A stretch of 32,000 nucleotides of DNA from Candidatus Saccharimonadota bacterium (lineage in GTDB: Bacteria; Patescibacteriota; Saccharimonadia; Saccharimonadales; Saccharimonadaceae): assembly GCA_001897305.1 (NCBI GenBank), contig MKSO01000001.1, positions 330,001 to 362,000 on the forward strand, written 5' to 3'. Each line of letters opens with the position of its first letter. The first letter of the stretch is position 1. The notes under the pieces are model-generated. The model was given only the letters and a program-made list of their open reading frames with translations. It was not told the DNA's origin and searched no databases. This document shows, piece by piece, positions 1 to 8,417 of this stretch. The position numbers and the translations under genes are program-made.

Positions 1-438
1 ACCCCCTTCGGCAATAGCTTCGAACACAACGCCGCTGTTTTTAATACCAGATTGCGGACGAGCATCAGGACTGTTCTCGATCATAATACCGGTGACGGCT
101 TGCTTGGTGGCTGCCTCGTTGTCGACCTGGCTACCGGTTAGCGGTGAATAATATTTAGGAGGTTCGGGGGCAGGTTCTTTTTTTGTTACCACCACCTTCG
201 CGGTTTCGGCTTTTGGTTTTAAGAAGTAAAATGCCGCTGCGGTGCCAGCTCCAATAAGCAGCACAAGTGTAATCGCCAGTATAATGCTGAGTTTTTTATG
301 GCGCTTAAACCAGTTGCCTTTAATACGCATGCCTGCTGGTGTATTGACGTTACTGTGTTGAAAGGGTGTGAACGATGATATATCCTCATTTGGAACGCTA
401 TCATCAATAATGACGCCTTGCTTTTTGCGTTTAAACAT
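1..438 (-). CDS. DUF3048-like (YerB-family) membrane-anchored protein, N-terminal 146 codons; ORF runs off the window start
   Basis: My own minus-strand translation from the ATG at 436-438 reads MFKRKKQGVIIDD..., then a TM segment LSIILAITLVLLIGAGTAAAFYF, then ...YYSPLTGSQVD..GIMIENSPDARPQSGIKNSGVVFEAIAEGG. It stays open to base 1. The PLTG / ENSxxARPQSG / EGG run matches my recollection of DUF3048. It is missing from the ORF track because no stop lies inside the window. Confidence 0.65.
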   Translation of the reverse strand, partial: MFKRKKQGVIIDDSVPNEDISSFTPFQHSNVNTPAGMRIKGNWFKRHKKLSIILAITLVLLIGAGTAAAFYFLKPKAETAKVVVTKKEPAPEPPKYYSPLTGSQVDNEAATKQAVTGIMIENSPDARPQSGIKNSGVVFEAIAEGG

Positions 439-470
439 AAGCATAGTATAGCAGAATGCTTGAGAGGTGC

Positions 471-1019
471 CTACGAGAGGTCTGGAGTATGTGCGCTTAT
501 TTTAGGCTGGTACTTAAGTGTAAGGTAGCGATCAATAATAAAACTTTTATTAAAAAACGACGCTCGTGTCTTTAAGCGCTCTTTTTCTCTGTACAGTTCA
601 TACGTATCTTCGATGACTCTTTTGGGGTTAAGGCTAATAAATGATGAAAAAAGCGAGTTTTGACGGCCACTGGCCGCCTGTCGAGAAGTAAGTAAACCTA
701 CCTGTCCAATAATATTCCAAACGAAGAAGTTTACATAGCCATACCAACGAGGCCGATAGTAAGCGGCGATAATTTCAATAATAAGCTCGGTGGCGGTAAT
801 AATGCCTATAGCGTAGAGTATCCATACAAAGGCGTAAGGTATGGAGTTTGATGTAATAGTGGGCGCGAGCGCTAGATACACACTTATTCCAAACATGATA
901 GTGGTCGTAAAAATAGTACTCACAATACGAGACGCAAAGATACGTCGGACAGCTTTTTCTAATTGCACGAGATCTTGGGAAAGTTCTGGTAGGTCTGTAG
1001 TCGGACTGTCTTGATACAT
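471..1019 (-). CDS. hypothetical integral membrane protein
   Basis: 182-aa ORF with several hydrophobic segments (IVSTIFTTTIMFGISVYLALA, YAFVWILYAIGIITATELIIEIIAAYY, FFVWNIIGQVGLL). I recognise no family motif. Confidence 0.5.
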   Translation of the reverse strand: MYQDSPTTDLPELSQDLVQLEKAVRRIFASRIVSTIFTTTIMFGISVYLALAPTITSNSIPYAFVWILYAIGIITATELIIEIIAAYYRPRWYGYVNFFVWNIIGQVGLLTSRQAASGRQNSLFSSFISLNPKRVIEDTYELYREKERLKTRASFFNKSFIIDRYLTLKYQPKISAHTPDLS

Positions 1020-1056
1020 GACCCTACTTTAAATCATGGTCGGTATCATTGACAAG

Positions 1057-2484
1057 CTAGCGTGATGCAATCGCTGCGCTAAGGCGCCGTACGACGGTGT
1101 CTTTACCTAACACGGCAAGTGTATCGTTGAGCGCTGGGCTGAACGGTGCCCATGAAACAGCTAAACGAATGAGACTGAATAAGATGCCAGGCTTTTGCCC
1201 GGTAGTTTCGAGCAAGCCGTTAAGTGTTTCTTGTAGGCTTTCTGGGTCGAATGCCGAAGCCTCAAGGGCTGCCTTGGCGGCTTCAAGAAGTTGGGCGACC
1301 TCTTGATTTTCAAGTTTTGCTAGTTGCTTGTTACTGGTGATCATTTGCCAATCTGGAGCCGGCTCTTCAAAAAAATAACTGGTAAGCACAGGCAGGTCGG
1401 CAAGCGTTTTCAAGCGATCTTGCACAAGCGCAAGGACTTGCTTCTTTGCTGCTTCGTCGGCATTGCGTGCGGACTCCGGCCAAAATGGCGTTACCCGCTG
1501 GTAAAGATCATCCAAGCTAAGCAGACGAATGTGCTGGCCATTAAGCCAAAGCAGACGCTGTTCATCAAAGCGCGCACCACTTCGTTGGACGCGGTCCAAG
1601 CTAAACTTTTCTACTAGTTCTTGAAGCGTGAATACTTCTTGCTCGGTGCCGTCATTCCAGCCCATGCTGGCTAAGAAGTTCAGCATTGCCTCTGGAAGAA
1701 TCCCTTCGTCACGGTATTCAGTGACACTTTTCGCACCATCACGCTTGCCCAGTTTTTTCTTGCCATCGGCCGCTAAAATATGAGGCAAATGCGCAAAAAT
1801 CGGCCATGGCAACTCGAGCGCATCGTAAAGAGATAAATATTTTGGCATTGAAGGTATGTATTCAAGGCCACGAATAACATGGGTAACCTGCATATCGGCG
1901 TCGTCCACAATGTGGGCAAAGTTATAGGTCGGAAGGCCGTCGCTTTTAATAAGAATAAAATCGTCTAATGCTTCGGGCCCGGCCGAAAGATCACCCATGA
2001 CTTCGTCGTGCCATTCATAGCGCTTTATTTCTGGTACCTTAAAACGCAGCGGCATTGAGCCATCCCAGACCGGTGGGTTTTCTGGACGGTGGTCGCGGTA
2101 CAAGAAGGCGCGTTTTTCCTGCTTTGCTTGTTCGCGAAACGCCTCAACTTCTTCTGGTGTGTAAGGGTCGGCATACGCCAGGCCTTTGTCGATAAGTTTC
2201 TGCGCCCAAGCCTGGTAGCTACTCTTGCGTTCGGTTTGGAAGTACGGGCCGTAAGAGCCGCCAACTCGAGGACCTTCGTCCCACGTCAAGCCTAGCCAGG
2301 TTAAGGTGTCAAGAATTAAATCAGTCGCATCTTCAACAAACCGCGCTTGGTCGGTATCTTCAATACGCAGTATGAATTGGCCTTTTTGCTGTTTAGCTAA
2401 TAGATACGGAAATAATGCCGAGCGAGCATTCCCAACATGTATATATCCCGTAGGGCTAGGTGCAAATCGAGTTCGAGTCGTCAT
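1057..2484 (-). CDS. gltX: glutamyl-tRNA synthetase
   Basis: The N-terminus RFAPSPTGYIHVGNARSALFPYLLAK...ILRIEDTDQAR carries the class I HIGH-type signature, and KLGKRDG is a KMSKS-like loop. The length of 475 aa is typical. Confidence 0.95.
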   Translation of the reverse strand: MTTRTRFAPSPTGYIHVGNARSALFPYLLAKQQKGQFILRIEDTDQARFVEDATDLILDTLTWLGLTWDEGPRVGGSYGPYFQTERKSSYQAWAQKLIDKGLAYADPYTPEEVEAFREQAKQEKRAFLYRDHRPENPPVWDGSMPLRFKVPEIKRYEWHDEVMGDLSAGPEALDDFILIKSDGLPTYNFAHIVDDADMQVTHVIRGLEYIPSMPKYLSLYDALELPWPIFAHLPHILAADGKKKLGKRDGAKSVTEYRDEGILPEAMLNFLASMGWNDGTEQEVFTLQELVEKFSLDRVQRSGARFDEQRLLWLNGQHIRLLSLDDLYQRVTPFWPESARNADEAAKKQVLALVQDRLKTLADLPVLTSYFFEEPAPDWQMITSNKQLAKLENQEVAQLLEAAKAALEASAFDPESLQETLNGLLETTGQKPGILFSLIRLAVSWAPFSPALNDTLAVLGKDTVVRRLSAAIASR

Positions 2485-2495
2485 AAGTGCTTCTT

Positions 2496-2504
2496 ATTAT
2501 AGCA
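2496..2504 (-). promoter_or_regulatory. extended -10 promoter (TGcTATAAT) for gltX; ATG follows 11 nt later with no SD
   Basis: The minus strand reads ...gaaaaataTGcTATAATaagaagcacttATG. Confidence 0.55.
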
Positions 2505-2521
2505 TATTTTTCAGGGGTAGG

Positions 2522-2646
2522 GAGCAAACCACCTCATAGCGTTTCAACGGAACTTGCTTCACGCCACGACCTTTAAGGGTCTCTACGCCTTAAAGGCCTT
2601 GGGTTACGCGAAAGTGTCCTTTTGAAAGCTATGAGGTGGTTTGCTC
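2522..2646 (-). repeat. copy A of a conserved ~105-nt core enclosed in a perfect 19-bp outer stem
   Basis: 2522-2540 (gagcaaaccacctcatagc) is the exact reverse complement of 2628-2646. The interior, reverse-complemented, equals the interior of 11643-11788 except for one 1-nt indel (catagcttt vs cataagcttt). Confidence 0.85.
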
Positions 2647-2665
2647 GCGACCCGCGAAGATGTGC

Positions 2666-3751
2666 TTATAAACTTGTAGCAATATGACGAATCTGGTCGC
2701 CAGAAAGTGGCGCCTTACTATCGATTCGATACAGAATACCGCCGCTCACCCATACTGCCGTAGAATCGTAGGTGTAAATAGTCAGTCCGCGTTCTTTGGT
2801 GGTGACATAATTTGCGCCGGCTTCACGTGTCACGATATTGTCGAGAACGGCTGAAGAATCCCATGAGTTTCGTGACTGTGAGACGGTGTAATAGTTGTCG
2901 TTGCTATTAGAAGTGAACTTGAGATTTACTTGGCCGGTACTGAAGGTAACGGGCTGACTTAGTGAATAGCCATCGGGCGTGTATTCAGGGTACGATGCTT
3001 CGATTCCTGCTTGAGCCGAAGCGATGCCGACGGATACGGCAGGTACAAATTTAAACGTTGCATATGATGCAAGGGCCAATACGACTACTACAAGACAAAT
3101 AATAATGTAACGCTTTTTAATTTTGAGTCGTGGACCAGCAATCTTCTTAACCGCGTTAGTCTTTGGTTGTGCAAGTGCCTTCTCGATGGCCGCATTTTTT
3201 ACCTGCTTAGCCGATACGGGCTGGACGGGTTTGGCTTTTTTCTGACTCACCTTTTGCAGAGCGCGCTGAGCCGTAGGATGAACTTGTGCCGGGGTATCTG
3301 GCTTTACTGAGGCTTTCGACGCCGGTGACGGTGTCTTTAATGTAGCTGGCTGAGCTGCGTCAATAACTGCGGGGTGTGAAGCGAAGCGGCTTACTGCCGT
3401 GCTGCGTGCGATATCCATATGACGACCCGGCGCCGCTCGGCGGAGTACTGGTTTGACGGGTGCTTCGGGCTTTTTAGTAATACGGCGTTGAAGTGTTTTA
3501 GAACGTTGCAGCGTAGTGTGAATGGCATCGGCGCCGGTTTTAGTAATTGAAGGCGAGACTTTCTTAACCTGTTTTGCGCCATCGGGTGACTTTTTAGTAG
3601 CAGCCGGTGTTTTTTGTGCCAAAGGCATACCGGTCACGGCATCATATTCGCGACCATTAATAAGGACTGTTTTGTGTGGTGACATGGGTTGTATGTTCCT
3701 CGCAGGTTTTCTCGCAATTACTACAGCAATGAACACTGCTACTGTGCCCAC
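2666..3751 (-). CDS. hypothetical single-pass membrane protein with a Lys/Ala/Pro-rich N-terminal region and a ~130-aa extracytoplasmic C-terminal domain
   Basis: 361-aa ORF with a GTG start at 3751. An alternative ATG at 3685 (MSPHKTVLINGREYD) has GAGGA upstream. There is a central TM segment YIIICLVVVVLALASYATFKF. I cannot securely name the C-terminal domain. Confidence 0.6.
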   Translation of the reverse strand: MGTVAVFIAVVIARKPARNIQPMSPHKTVLINGREYDAVTGMPLAQKTPAATKKSPDGAKQVKKVSPSITKTGADAIHTTLQRSKTLQRRITKKPEAPVKPVLRRAAPGRHMDIARSTAVSRFASHPAVIDAAQPATLKTPSPASKASVKPDTPAQVHPTAQRALQKVSQKKAKPVQPVSAKQVKNAAIEKALAQPKTNAVKKIAGPRLKIKKRYIIICLVVVVLALASYATFKFVPAVSVGIASAQAGIEASYPEYTPDGYSLSQPVTFSTGQVNLKFTSNSNDNYYTVSQSRNSWDSSAVLDNIVTREAGANYVTTKERGLTIYTYDSTAVWVSGGILYRIDSKAPLSGDQIRHIATSL

Positions 3752-3848
3752 GCCGCGTTACTCTTTATACTAGTGCTTTAAAGACGCTTATGCAAGCCTC
3801 ATTTCAGCTATATATGTATAAACTTTGCTATACTTTACACTAGCAGTT

Positions 3849-5327
3849 ATGTTTAAAAAACCTACGAAGAAGCAACTTCTCATTCGTCGCATCATTGTTT
3901 CAGTGATCGCTACCCTTTCCGTACTTATTATTTTGACGGTTACTATTCTTTTTATGTTGGGGTATAGACTCGATAGTGGCAATGGTCGGCTGGAACAAGG
4001 GGCGCTGATGCAATTTGATTCTAAACCAGGGGGAGCTTCTGTATCGGTTGATAATAAGAACGTTGGTACGACCGCTACTAAGCAAACTGTTGTTGCTGGT
4101 GTGCATACGGTTACTATGAATAAAACGGGTTACCAACAATGGACGCGAACACTTGATTTGCAAGCCGGCACCTTAACGTGGCTCGACTACGTTCGTCTAG
4201 TACCTACTAATCGGCCAGTTGAGAACGTTGCTGCCTACCCTACTCTTTCTGGCGTGACTATCTCCCCAGACAGTAAATGGGTATTAGTGCAAGAAAATGC
4301 TTCGCTCCCTACTTTTCAATTGGTTGATTTGCGCGCTCAGGACGTAAAAAGTACGACTATCTCTTTGCCTGCTGATAGCTACAGCGATGCTACAACACCG
4401 GACGTCACCCATACATTCAGTAGTATGAGTTGGGATAGCGGCAGCCGTTATGTCATAATTAAACATCTATATAAAGACCAAACAGAATGGTTAGTGCTCG
4501 ATACACAAAATGGTGGTACAGCTACTAATATTACACAGGTTCTTGGCGTGGCTTTAACTGATGTGCGCTTCGCTAGTACAAATGGTAAGGTATTGTATGG
4601 TCTCACAACCGATGGTACTTTACGTAAAATTGATATATCAGCCGAAACAATATCGCGCGCTTTTGTATCGCACGTCAGTGAGTTCTCGGTCTACGACAAT
4701 ACAGTGGTGAGCTACATAGGTACTGATGCGGCAAATGCTAACAAAAAAGTTGCTGGGGTCTATCGGGATGGAGATGAGTCGGCACATGTACTGCGAACGG
4801 TTACTTCTACTGATACCAACCCAACCACTTTAAAAATTGTTACTGGGCGTTATTTCAATGACGATTACGTCGCGATTGCCGAAGGTAATATGGTGACCGT
4901 CTTAAAAGGTCACTACCCAAGCTCGAGCAGCCAAGATGCTACCAGTTTGTCGCCTCTTACTACTTTTGAGTTAGCTGGTGCCGTTTCGTCGCTTTCGTTC
5001 AGTGCTGGGGGTGATTATGTACTGGCACAGTCTGCAGGTATCTTTAAGAGTTACGAAATCGAACACGACCGAGTGGCAAGCGGTACGCTCGCCTCGACAC
5101 CAGGTACCTCAGCGCCTGTCCTGAAGTGGCTTGACCAGTCACATATATGGAATGATGGTGCTGATGAGCTTGTGATGCGTGATTTTAACGGTGATAACGT
5201 GTACTCGATTATGAAAGTCGCAGCCGGTTTTGATGCTAGCCTAAGCCAAAACGGCCGTTACTTTTATGGCATAGGAAAAGCCGATAACGGCTATCAACTA
5301 CAACGCGTTAAGATGCTCCTCGACTAA
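3849..5327 (+). CDS. PEGA-domain membrane protein with TolB/PD40-like beta-propeller repeats
   Basis: I prefer the start at ATG 3849 (MFKKPTKKQLLIRR) over the track start at 3825. The TM segment is IIVSVIATLSVLIILTVTILFML. The PEGA-like unit is SKPGGASVSVDNKNVGTTATKQTVVAGVHTVTMNKTGYQ. Later repeats of the SPDSKWVL / SGSRYVII / AGGDYVLAQ / SQNGRYFYG type resemble PD40 repeats. Confidence 0.7.
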   Translation: MFKKPTKKQLLIRRIIVSVIATLSVLIILTVTILFMLGYRLDSGNGRLEQGALMQFDSKPGGASVSVDNKNVGTTATKQTVVAGVHTVTMNKTGYQQWTRTLDLQAGTLTWLDYVRLVPTNRPVENVAAYPTLSGVTISPDSKWVLVQENASLPTFQLVDLRAQDVKSTTISLPADSYSDATTPDVTHTFSSMSWDSGSRYVIIKHLYKDQTEWLVLDTQNGGTATNITQVLGVALTDVRFASTNGKVLYGLTTDGTLRKIDISAETISRAFVSHVSEFSVYDNTVVSYIGTDAANANKKVAGVYRDGDESAHVLRTVTSTDTNPTTLKIVTGRYFNDDYVAIAEGNMVTVLKGHYPSSSSQDATSLSPLTTFELAGAVSSLSFSAGGDYVLAQSAGIFKSYEIEHDRVASGTLASTPGTSAPVLKWLDQSHIWNDGADELVMRDFNGDNVYSIMKVAAGFDASLSQNGRYFYGIGKADNGYQLQRVKMLLD

Positions 5328-5362
5328 GCGACTCGTAATAATAACAGATAAGGCGCGAAGTG

Positions 5363-6577
5363 TTATTGGCCGCCAAAGAGTCGTTCAAACAAGGTAGGGC
5401 TACTGGCGCCCGGAATGCTCGGCTCATCGCTTGATGCTTCGCCACTATCGGCGGGTGCCGCTGCGGCGGCGGCTGGGTCAGGGCTGACTTGTTCGGCGGT
5501 AACAAGCAGACGATTTGTTGAAGTGCCAAGTGGCGTACAGGTAATGAGTGTGAGTACGGGTTTGCTGGTTGGGTAGACTAACTTATTTACTTCGGTTGGT
5601 TTCACTACTTCTTTCATAGTGACAACATAGGTGTACCGCTTACCGTTGTAATTGGCATAGATCGTATCCCCTTCTACGAGTTTGTCGAGCTGGGCAAAAA
5701 TAAATTTGTATTCGCCTGGGTCGAATAGGTCGTTGCTACTGTGGCCGGATAATACGGTGTTACCTATTTCACCCGGATGACTGCTTGCGCCGGGGATAGA
5801 AAAATGCGCTACACCTTTTTGCATGGCATCCATTTGAGAATTGTAATCGGAGCCAACATCATAGATTGCGGGAACGTCGACATTGATTTTAGGAATTACC
5901 AACCGGGGGTCCGGACCGACAGTAGTATCTTTTGTGGGGTCGATAACTATATTTTGCGGGTCGATTGCACCAGGAGAAACGTAGGCGTTAACAGTTGCAA
6001 AGAGTACTTGGTTGTACTGAATGAATCCGAAAATAAGCACCACCACAAGAGCGGCTGCGACAGGTACAAAATGACGACTGCGGCGGATTTTAATAGCCCT
6101 AGTGCGTACCTTATCAAGTAGTTTTTGGCGCAATTCAAACAATGCCTGGTCTTTGGATAACTCTTCATTGGTATGCTCGAGGTCGGTTTGGGTGTTGAAG
6201 TACCCATCTTGGCTACTACTGGATTGGCTGGTTTGTGTCGGCGTAACGGTTGCTTGTTGAGTGGCTTGTAGCTGGGCTTTCTGGGCTGCCTGGTGTGTGT
6301 AGTAGGCTTCGTAGTACTGTTGGTAGTAGTTCTGCCAAGCAGTGTGGTAGGCCTTCCACTGTTCGGCCTGGGGTTGCGGATGTGATGTATGTGTCCGCTG
6401 ATAGGCGTTAGGTGTTTCTTGTTGCGTAGACGCCTGCTGATTAGAGGTGTCTGCTACAGGATTATTGCCATATAATGCACTAATCTGCGAACGGATAACA
6501 TTCGCAGCTGCCGACTGGTCTTGTGAGGCTGGAGCGTTCGGCTCGTCTCCACCCTGACTAGCATTATTAGGATTCAT
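5363..6577 (-). CDS. sortase-family transpeptidase with a Gln/Tyr-rich N-terminal region and an Ala-rich C-terminal tail
   Basis: It has the TLITC active-site Cys motif (VLTLITCTP), a catalytic His context (VLSGHSS) and a TM anchor (VPVAAALVVVLIFGFIQY). I trimmed the start to ATG 6577 (MNPNNASQ) because the track ORF extension to 6790 reads through the antisense of tRNA-Leu. Confidence 0.85.
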   Translation of the reverse strand: MNPNNASQGGDEPNAPASQDQSAAANVIRSQISALYGNNPVADTSNQQASTQQETPNAYQRTHTSHPQPQAEQWKAYHTAWQNYYQQYYEAYYTHQAAQKAQLQATQQATVTPTQTSQSSSSQDGYFNTQTDLEHTNEELSKDQALFELRQKLLDKVRTRAIKIRRSRHFVPVAAALVVVLIFGFIQYNQVLFATVNAYVSPGAIDPQNIVIDPTKDTTVGPDPRLVIPKINVDVPAIYDVGSDYNSQMDAMQKGVAHFSIPGASSHPGEIGNTVLSGHSSNDLFDPGEYKFIFAQLDKLVEGDTIYANYNGKRYTYVVTMKEVVKPTEVNKLVYPTSKPVLTLITCTPLGTSTNRLLVTAEQVSPDPAAAAAAPADSGEASSDEPSIPGASSPTLFERLFGGQ

Positions 6578-6648
6578 AAATTGATCTGTATTCTTACTAT
6601 GTTTTATTGTACAATACTTGAGATGTAAGGGCGATAGCTCTTCAGTTC

Positions 6649-6686
6649 GGGCGAGTGGCGGATTACGTACCATGCGTAGACGCGCT
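6649..6686 (+). pseudogene. interrupted 5' fragment of tRNA-Leu
   Basis: 6648-6662 (cgggcgagtggcgga) is identical to 6702-6716. 6676-6686 (gtagacgcgct) is identical to 6721-6731. They are separated by 13 nt (ttacgtaccatgc), where the real tRNA has atcg. There is no anticodon or T arm. Confidence 0.5.
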
Positions 6687-6702
6687 GGCGCATTAGCAAT
6701 AC

Positions 6703-6789
6703 GGGCGAGTGGCGGAATCGGTAGACGCGCTAGACTCAAAATCTGGTTCTCGCAAGGGAGTGAGGGTTCAAGTCCCTCCTCGCCCACCA
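6703..6789 (+). tRNA. tRNA-Leu (anticodon CAA)
   Basis: Hand fold: acceptor GGGCGAG/CTCGCCC, D arm GCGG..CGC, anticodon stem CTAGA/TCTGG with loop CTCAAAA, a long variable arm, T arm AGGGT-TCAAGTC-CCCTC, discriminator A and an encoded CCA. Total length is 87 nt. Confidence 0.95.
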
Positions 6790-6796
6790 TATAAAG

Positions 6797-7603
6797 TTAA
6801 CGACGATGTAAATTGTCGTTTATTTTTTTGTATAGTTCATGTTTTGCGGCGGTAACAAATTCGTCATCACGGTTGGAACCGGCACCACTTGCATCACTGA
6901 CAACCGCGTGTGGTAATTCATAGATTCCATCTGGTACCATTGTACTTATTTCTTGTAGTGATATCTTTGTAACACTTCTAATGTAGGATTTTGATTTAAA
7001 ACGATCACTTGTTTTGATTTGTAACCGCGCCTCGGATGCTTGCGTGGGGGTGTCAACGACAGTGAGGTCTATGCCATTGAGCCGTGCCGTTCCTTGAAGA
7101 TCAGACTTGTCCTCATCACCTAATGCGGGCAATGGTATGAAGGGGCTGAGGGAGCCACCTTTGCTTAAAAGCGCCAAGAAAGTGAGCTCCGTTGAAACAC
7201 CAGTAAGGGCTGTATATCGGTCGTAATCGAAGTTGCTTCTATCATCTTTAATAACTCTGCGCATTGCCAGCACAGTACTAAGAGTTTGGCCGATTTCGCT
7301 GTACAAGCCACCAAGTTCGGTAGCTGTGTCGTCACTAAGATGCCCGACATGTTCTAGCTCGGCAAGGCGTTGATACTGTACTACGCCATGCCTTCGCAGG
7401 CTATGTCGTGCAAGTTTAACGATGGAGCCCTGTCTAAAAAGGATTTTCGCCTCTTCTTCGTTGAGTGCGCGAGCTACAGAGAAATTACCATTTCGTATGG
7501 CGCGATCAATGTATAAATTCCGCTGACTGGCGGAAAGAGTCGAAAACACACCCTCACTTAAAGGAGTTAGTGGATGTTCACCTTCATAGGCCGCCGTAAT
7601 CAT
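6797..7603 (-). CDS. hypothetical protein
   Basis: 268-aa ORF with no TM segment and no family I recognise. The pattern E(LTFLALL)...GIDLTVVD...ARLQIK could be a PD-(D/E)XK-like E / D / QxK arrangement, but this is tentative. Confidence 0.5.
   Translation of the reverse strand: MITAAYEGEHPLTPLSEGVFSTLSASQRNLYIDRAIRNGNFSVARALNEEEAKILFRQGSIVKLARHSLRRHGVVQYQRLAELEHVGHLSDDTATELGGLYSEIGQTLSTVLAMRRVIKDDRSNFDYDRYTALTGVSTELTFLALLSKGGSLSPFIPLPALGDEDKSDLQGTARLNGIDLTVVDTPTQASEARLQIKTSDRFKSKSYIRSVTKISLQEISTMVPDGIYELPHAVVSDASGAGSNRDDEFVTAAKHELYKKINDNLHRR
6799..6829 (+). terminator. putative intrinsic terminator after tRNA-Leu
   Basis: Stem AACGAC / GTCGTT with a 10-nt loop, followed by tattttttt. It overlaps the last codons of the convergent CDS 6797-7603. 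Confidence 0.45.
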
Positions 7604-7626
7604 TAAAAGATTATAACATAATATCT

Positions 7627-8415
7627 TTATTTAAGCAAACTAGTGGCACTGGATTCGAGAGGCTTACCCGGACTCCATAGCCAATAGCTAGCTATCGAAG
7701 CGGCGGTACTCCCTCGCCAAATCAGCATCGGGCTTTCCCATGGTGTAGTAACAACTTTGCCCTCACTTGCAATAACAAATGTTTCACGGTGCAGGACGGC
7801 AATGGTGACTGGGTATGTAATGGTAAATTTATGCAGTGCTTCGACCAAATTAGTTAGCTGCATACTGAACGTTAATACTTTTGGGTAGTACACTGCTTGG
7901 AATAATTTTTGCAGTTGCGCGAAAGATATGACCAAGAGTGTATTGGGGCGGTTCACCAGCGCTTGCGAACTGTTTTTTACCAGATCGATAGCATCGCGCG
8001 TAATAGTAAGCGGACCTTCGTATTGGTTGATGAATTGTTCGTATAAAATAGCCGTTTCGCTACTACGGCCGGCATCGCCAATCAGTAATATGCCGCTCGC
8101 CCAATTAGCGAGGGTGTGTGCCTCGGCTTCGGCTTCTTTTGCTAAACTGCCCGAGGGGTTAGTGGCGCCAAAAATAACGTCACTCATTGAGGCTGGGATG
8201 GTTTTTTTCAGCACATCTGGCAGTAACACACGGACTTGCCCTACCCCATTGCCAAGTGCTACCGAATAAGCCTCGGCTACGCCAGCGAAGCCAAGTTTGT
8301 TGCCGCCGATAATACCTAATTTTCCTGCCAGGCTGCGCTGCTCGGGTTTATTCCACTCAATGTCCGGAAAAAGCGGCGTGTCGGATGATTGTTTTTGCCA
8401 GTAGTCGAAGTCCAT
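7627..8415 (-). CDS. YjeF C-terminal-like (NAD(P)HX dehydratase / carbohydrate-kinase fold) protein, possibly divergent
   Basis: GKLGIIGGNKLGFAGVAEAYSVALGNGVGQVRVLLP and LLIGDAGRS resemble the GKVLVIGGS..Y.GA..LA..AALR.GAG.V and vIGPGLG blocks of YjeF_C. I did not find the C-terminal GxGDxL motif. Confidence 0.45.
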   Translation of the reverse strand: MDFDYWQKQSSDTPLFPDIEWNKPEQRSLAGKLGIIGGNKLGFAGVAEAYSVALGNGVGQVRVLLPDVLKKTIPASMSDVIFGATNPSGSLAKEAEAEAHTLANWASGILLIGDAGRSSETAILYEQFINQYEGPLTITRDAIDLVKNSSQALVNRPNTLLVISFAQLQKLFQAVYYPKVLTFSMQLTNLVEALHKFTITYPVTIAVLHRETFVIASEGKVVTTPWESPMLIWRGSTAASIASYWLWSPGKPLESSATSLLK

Positions 8416-8417
8416 GC

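Noticed and set aside
219-407. 62-aa minus-strand ORF
   Set aside because: It lies in a different frame inside the longer open DUF3048-like reading frame (1-438, minus strand), which has a TM segment and recognisable motifs.
2522-2646. Interpreting the repeated hairpin element as an SRP (4.5S) RNA, 6S RNA, riboswitch or plain intrinsic terminator
   Set aside because: Two copies sit in unrelated contexts. There is no SRP helix-8 GGAA/AGCA motif and no U-tract after the stem on either strand. gltX and a glycosyltransferase are unlikely to share a ligand-sensing leader. Copy B lies between divergent genes, where no terminator is needed.
6578-6790. N-terminal 71-codon extension of the sortase ORF in the track (5363-6790, MVGEEGLEPS...)
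   Set aside because: This part is the antisense of tRNA-Leu (6703-6789) and its upstream fragment. The protein-like sequence begins at ATG 6577, so the extension is an ORF-caller artefact.
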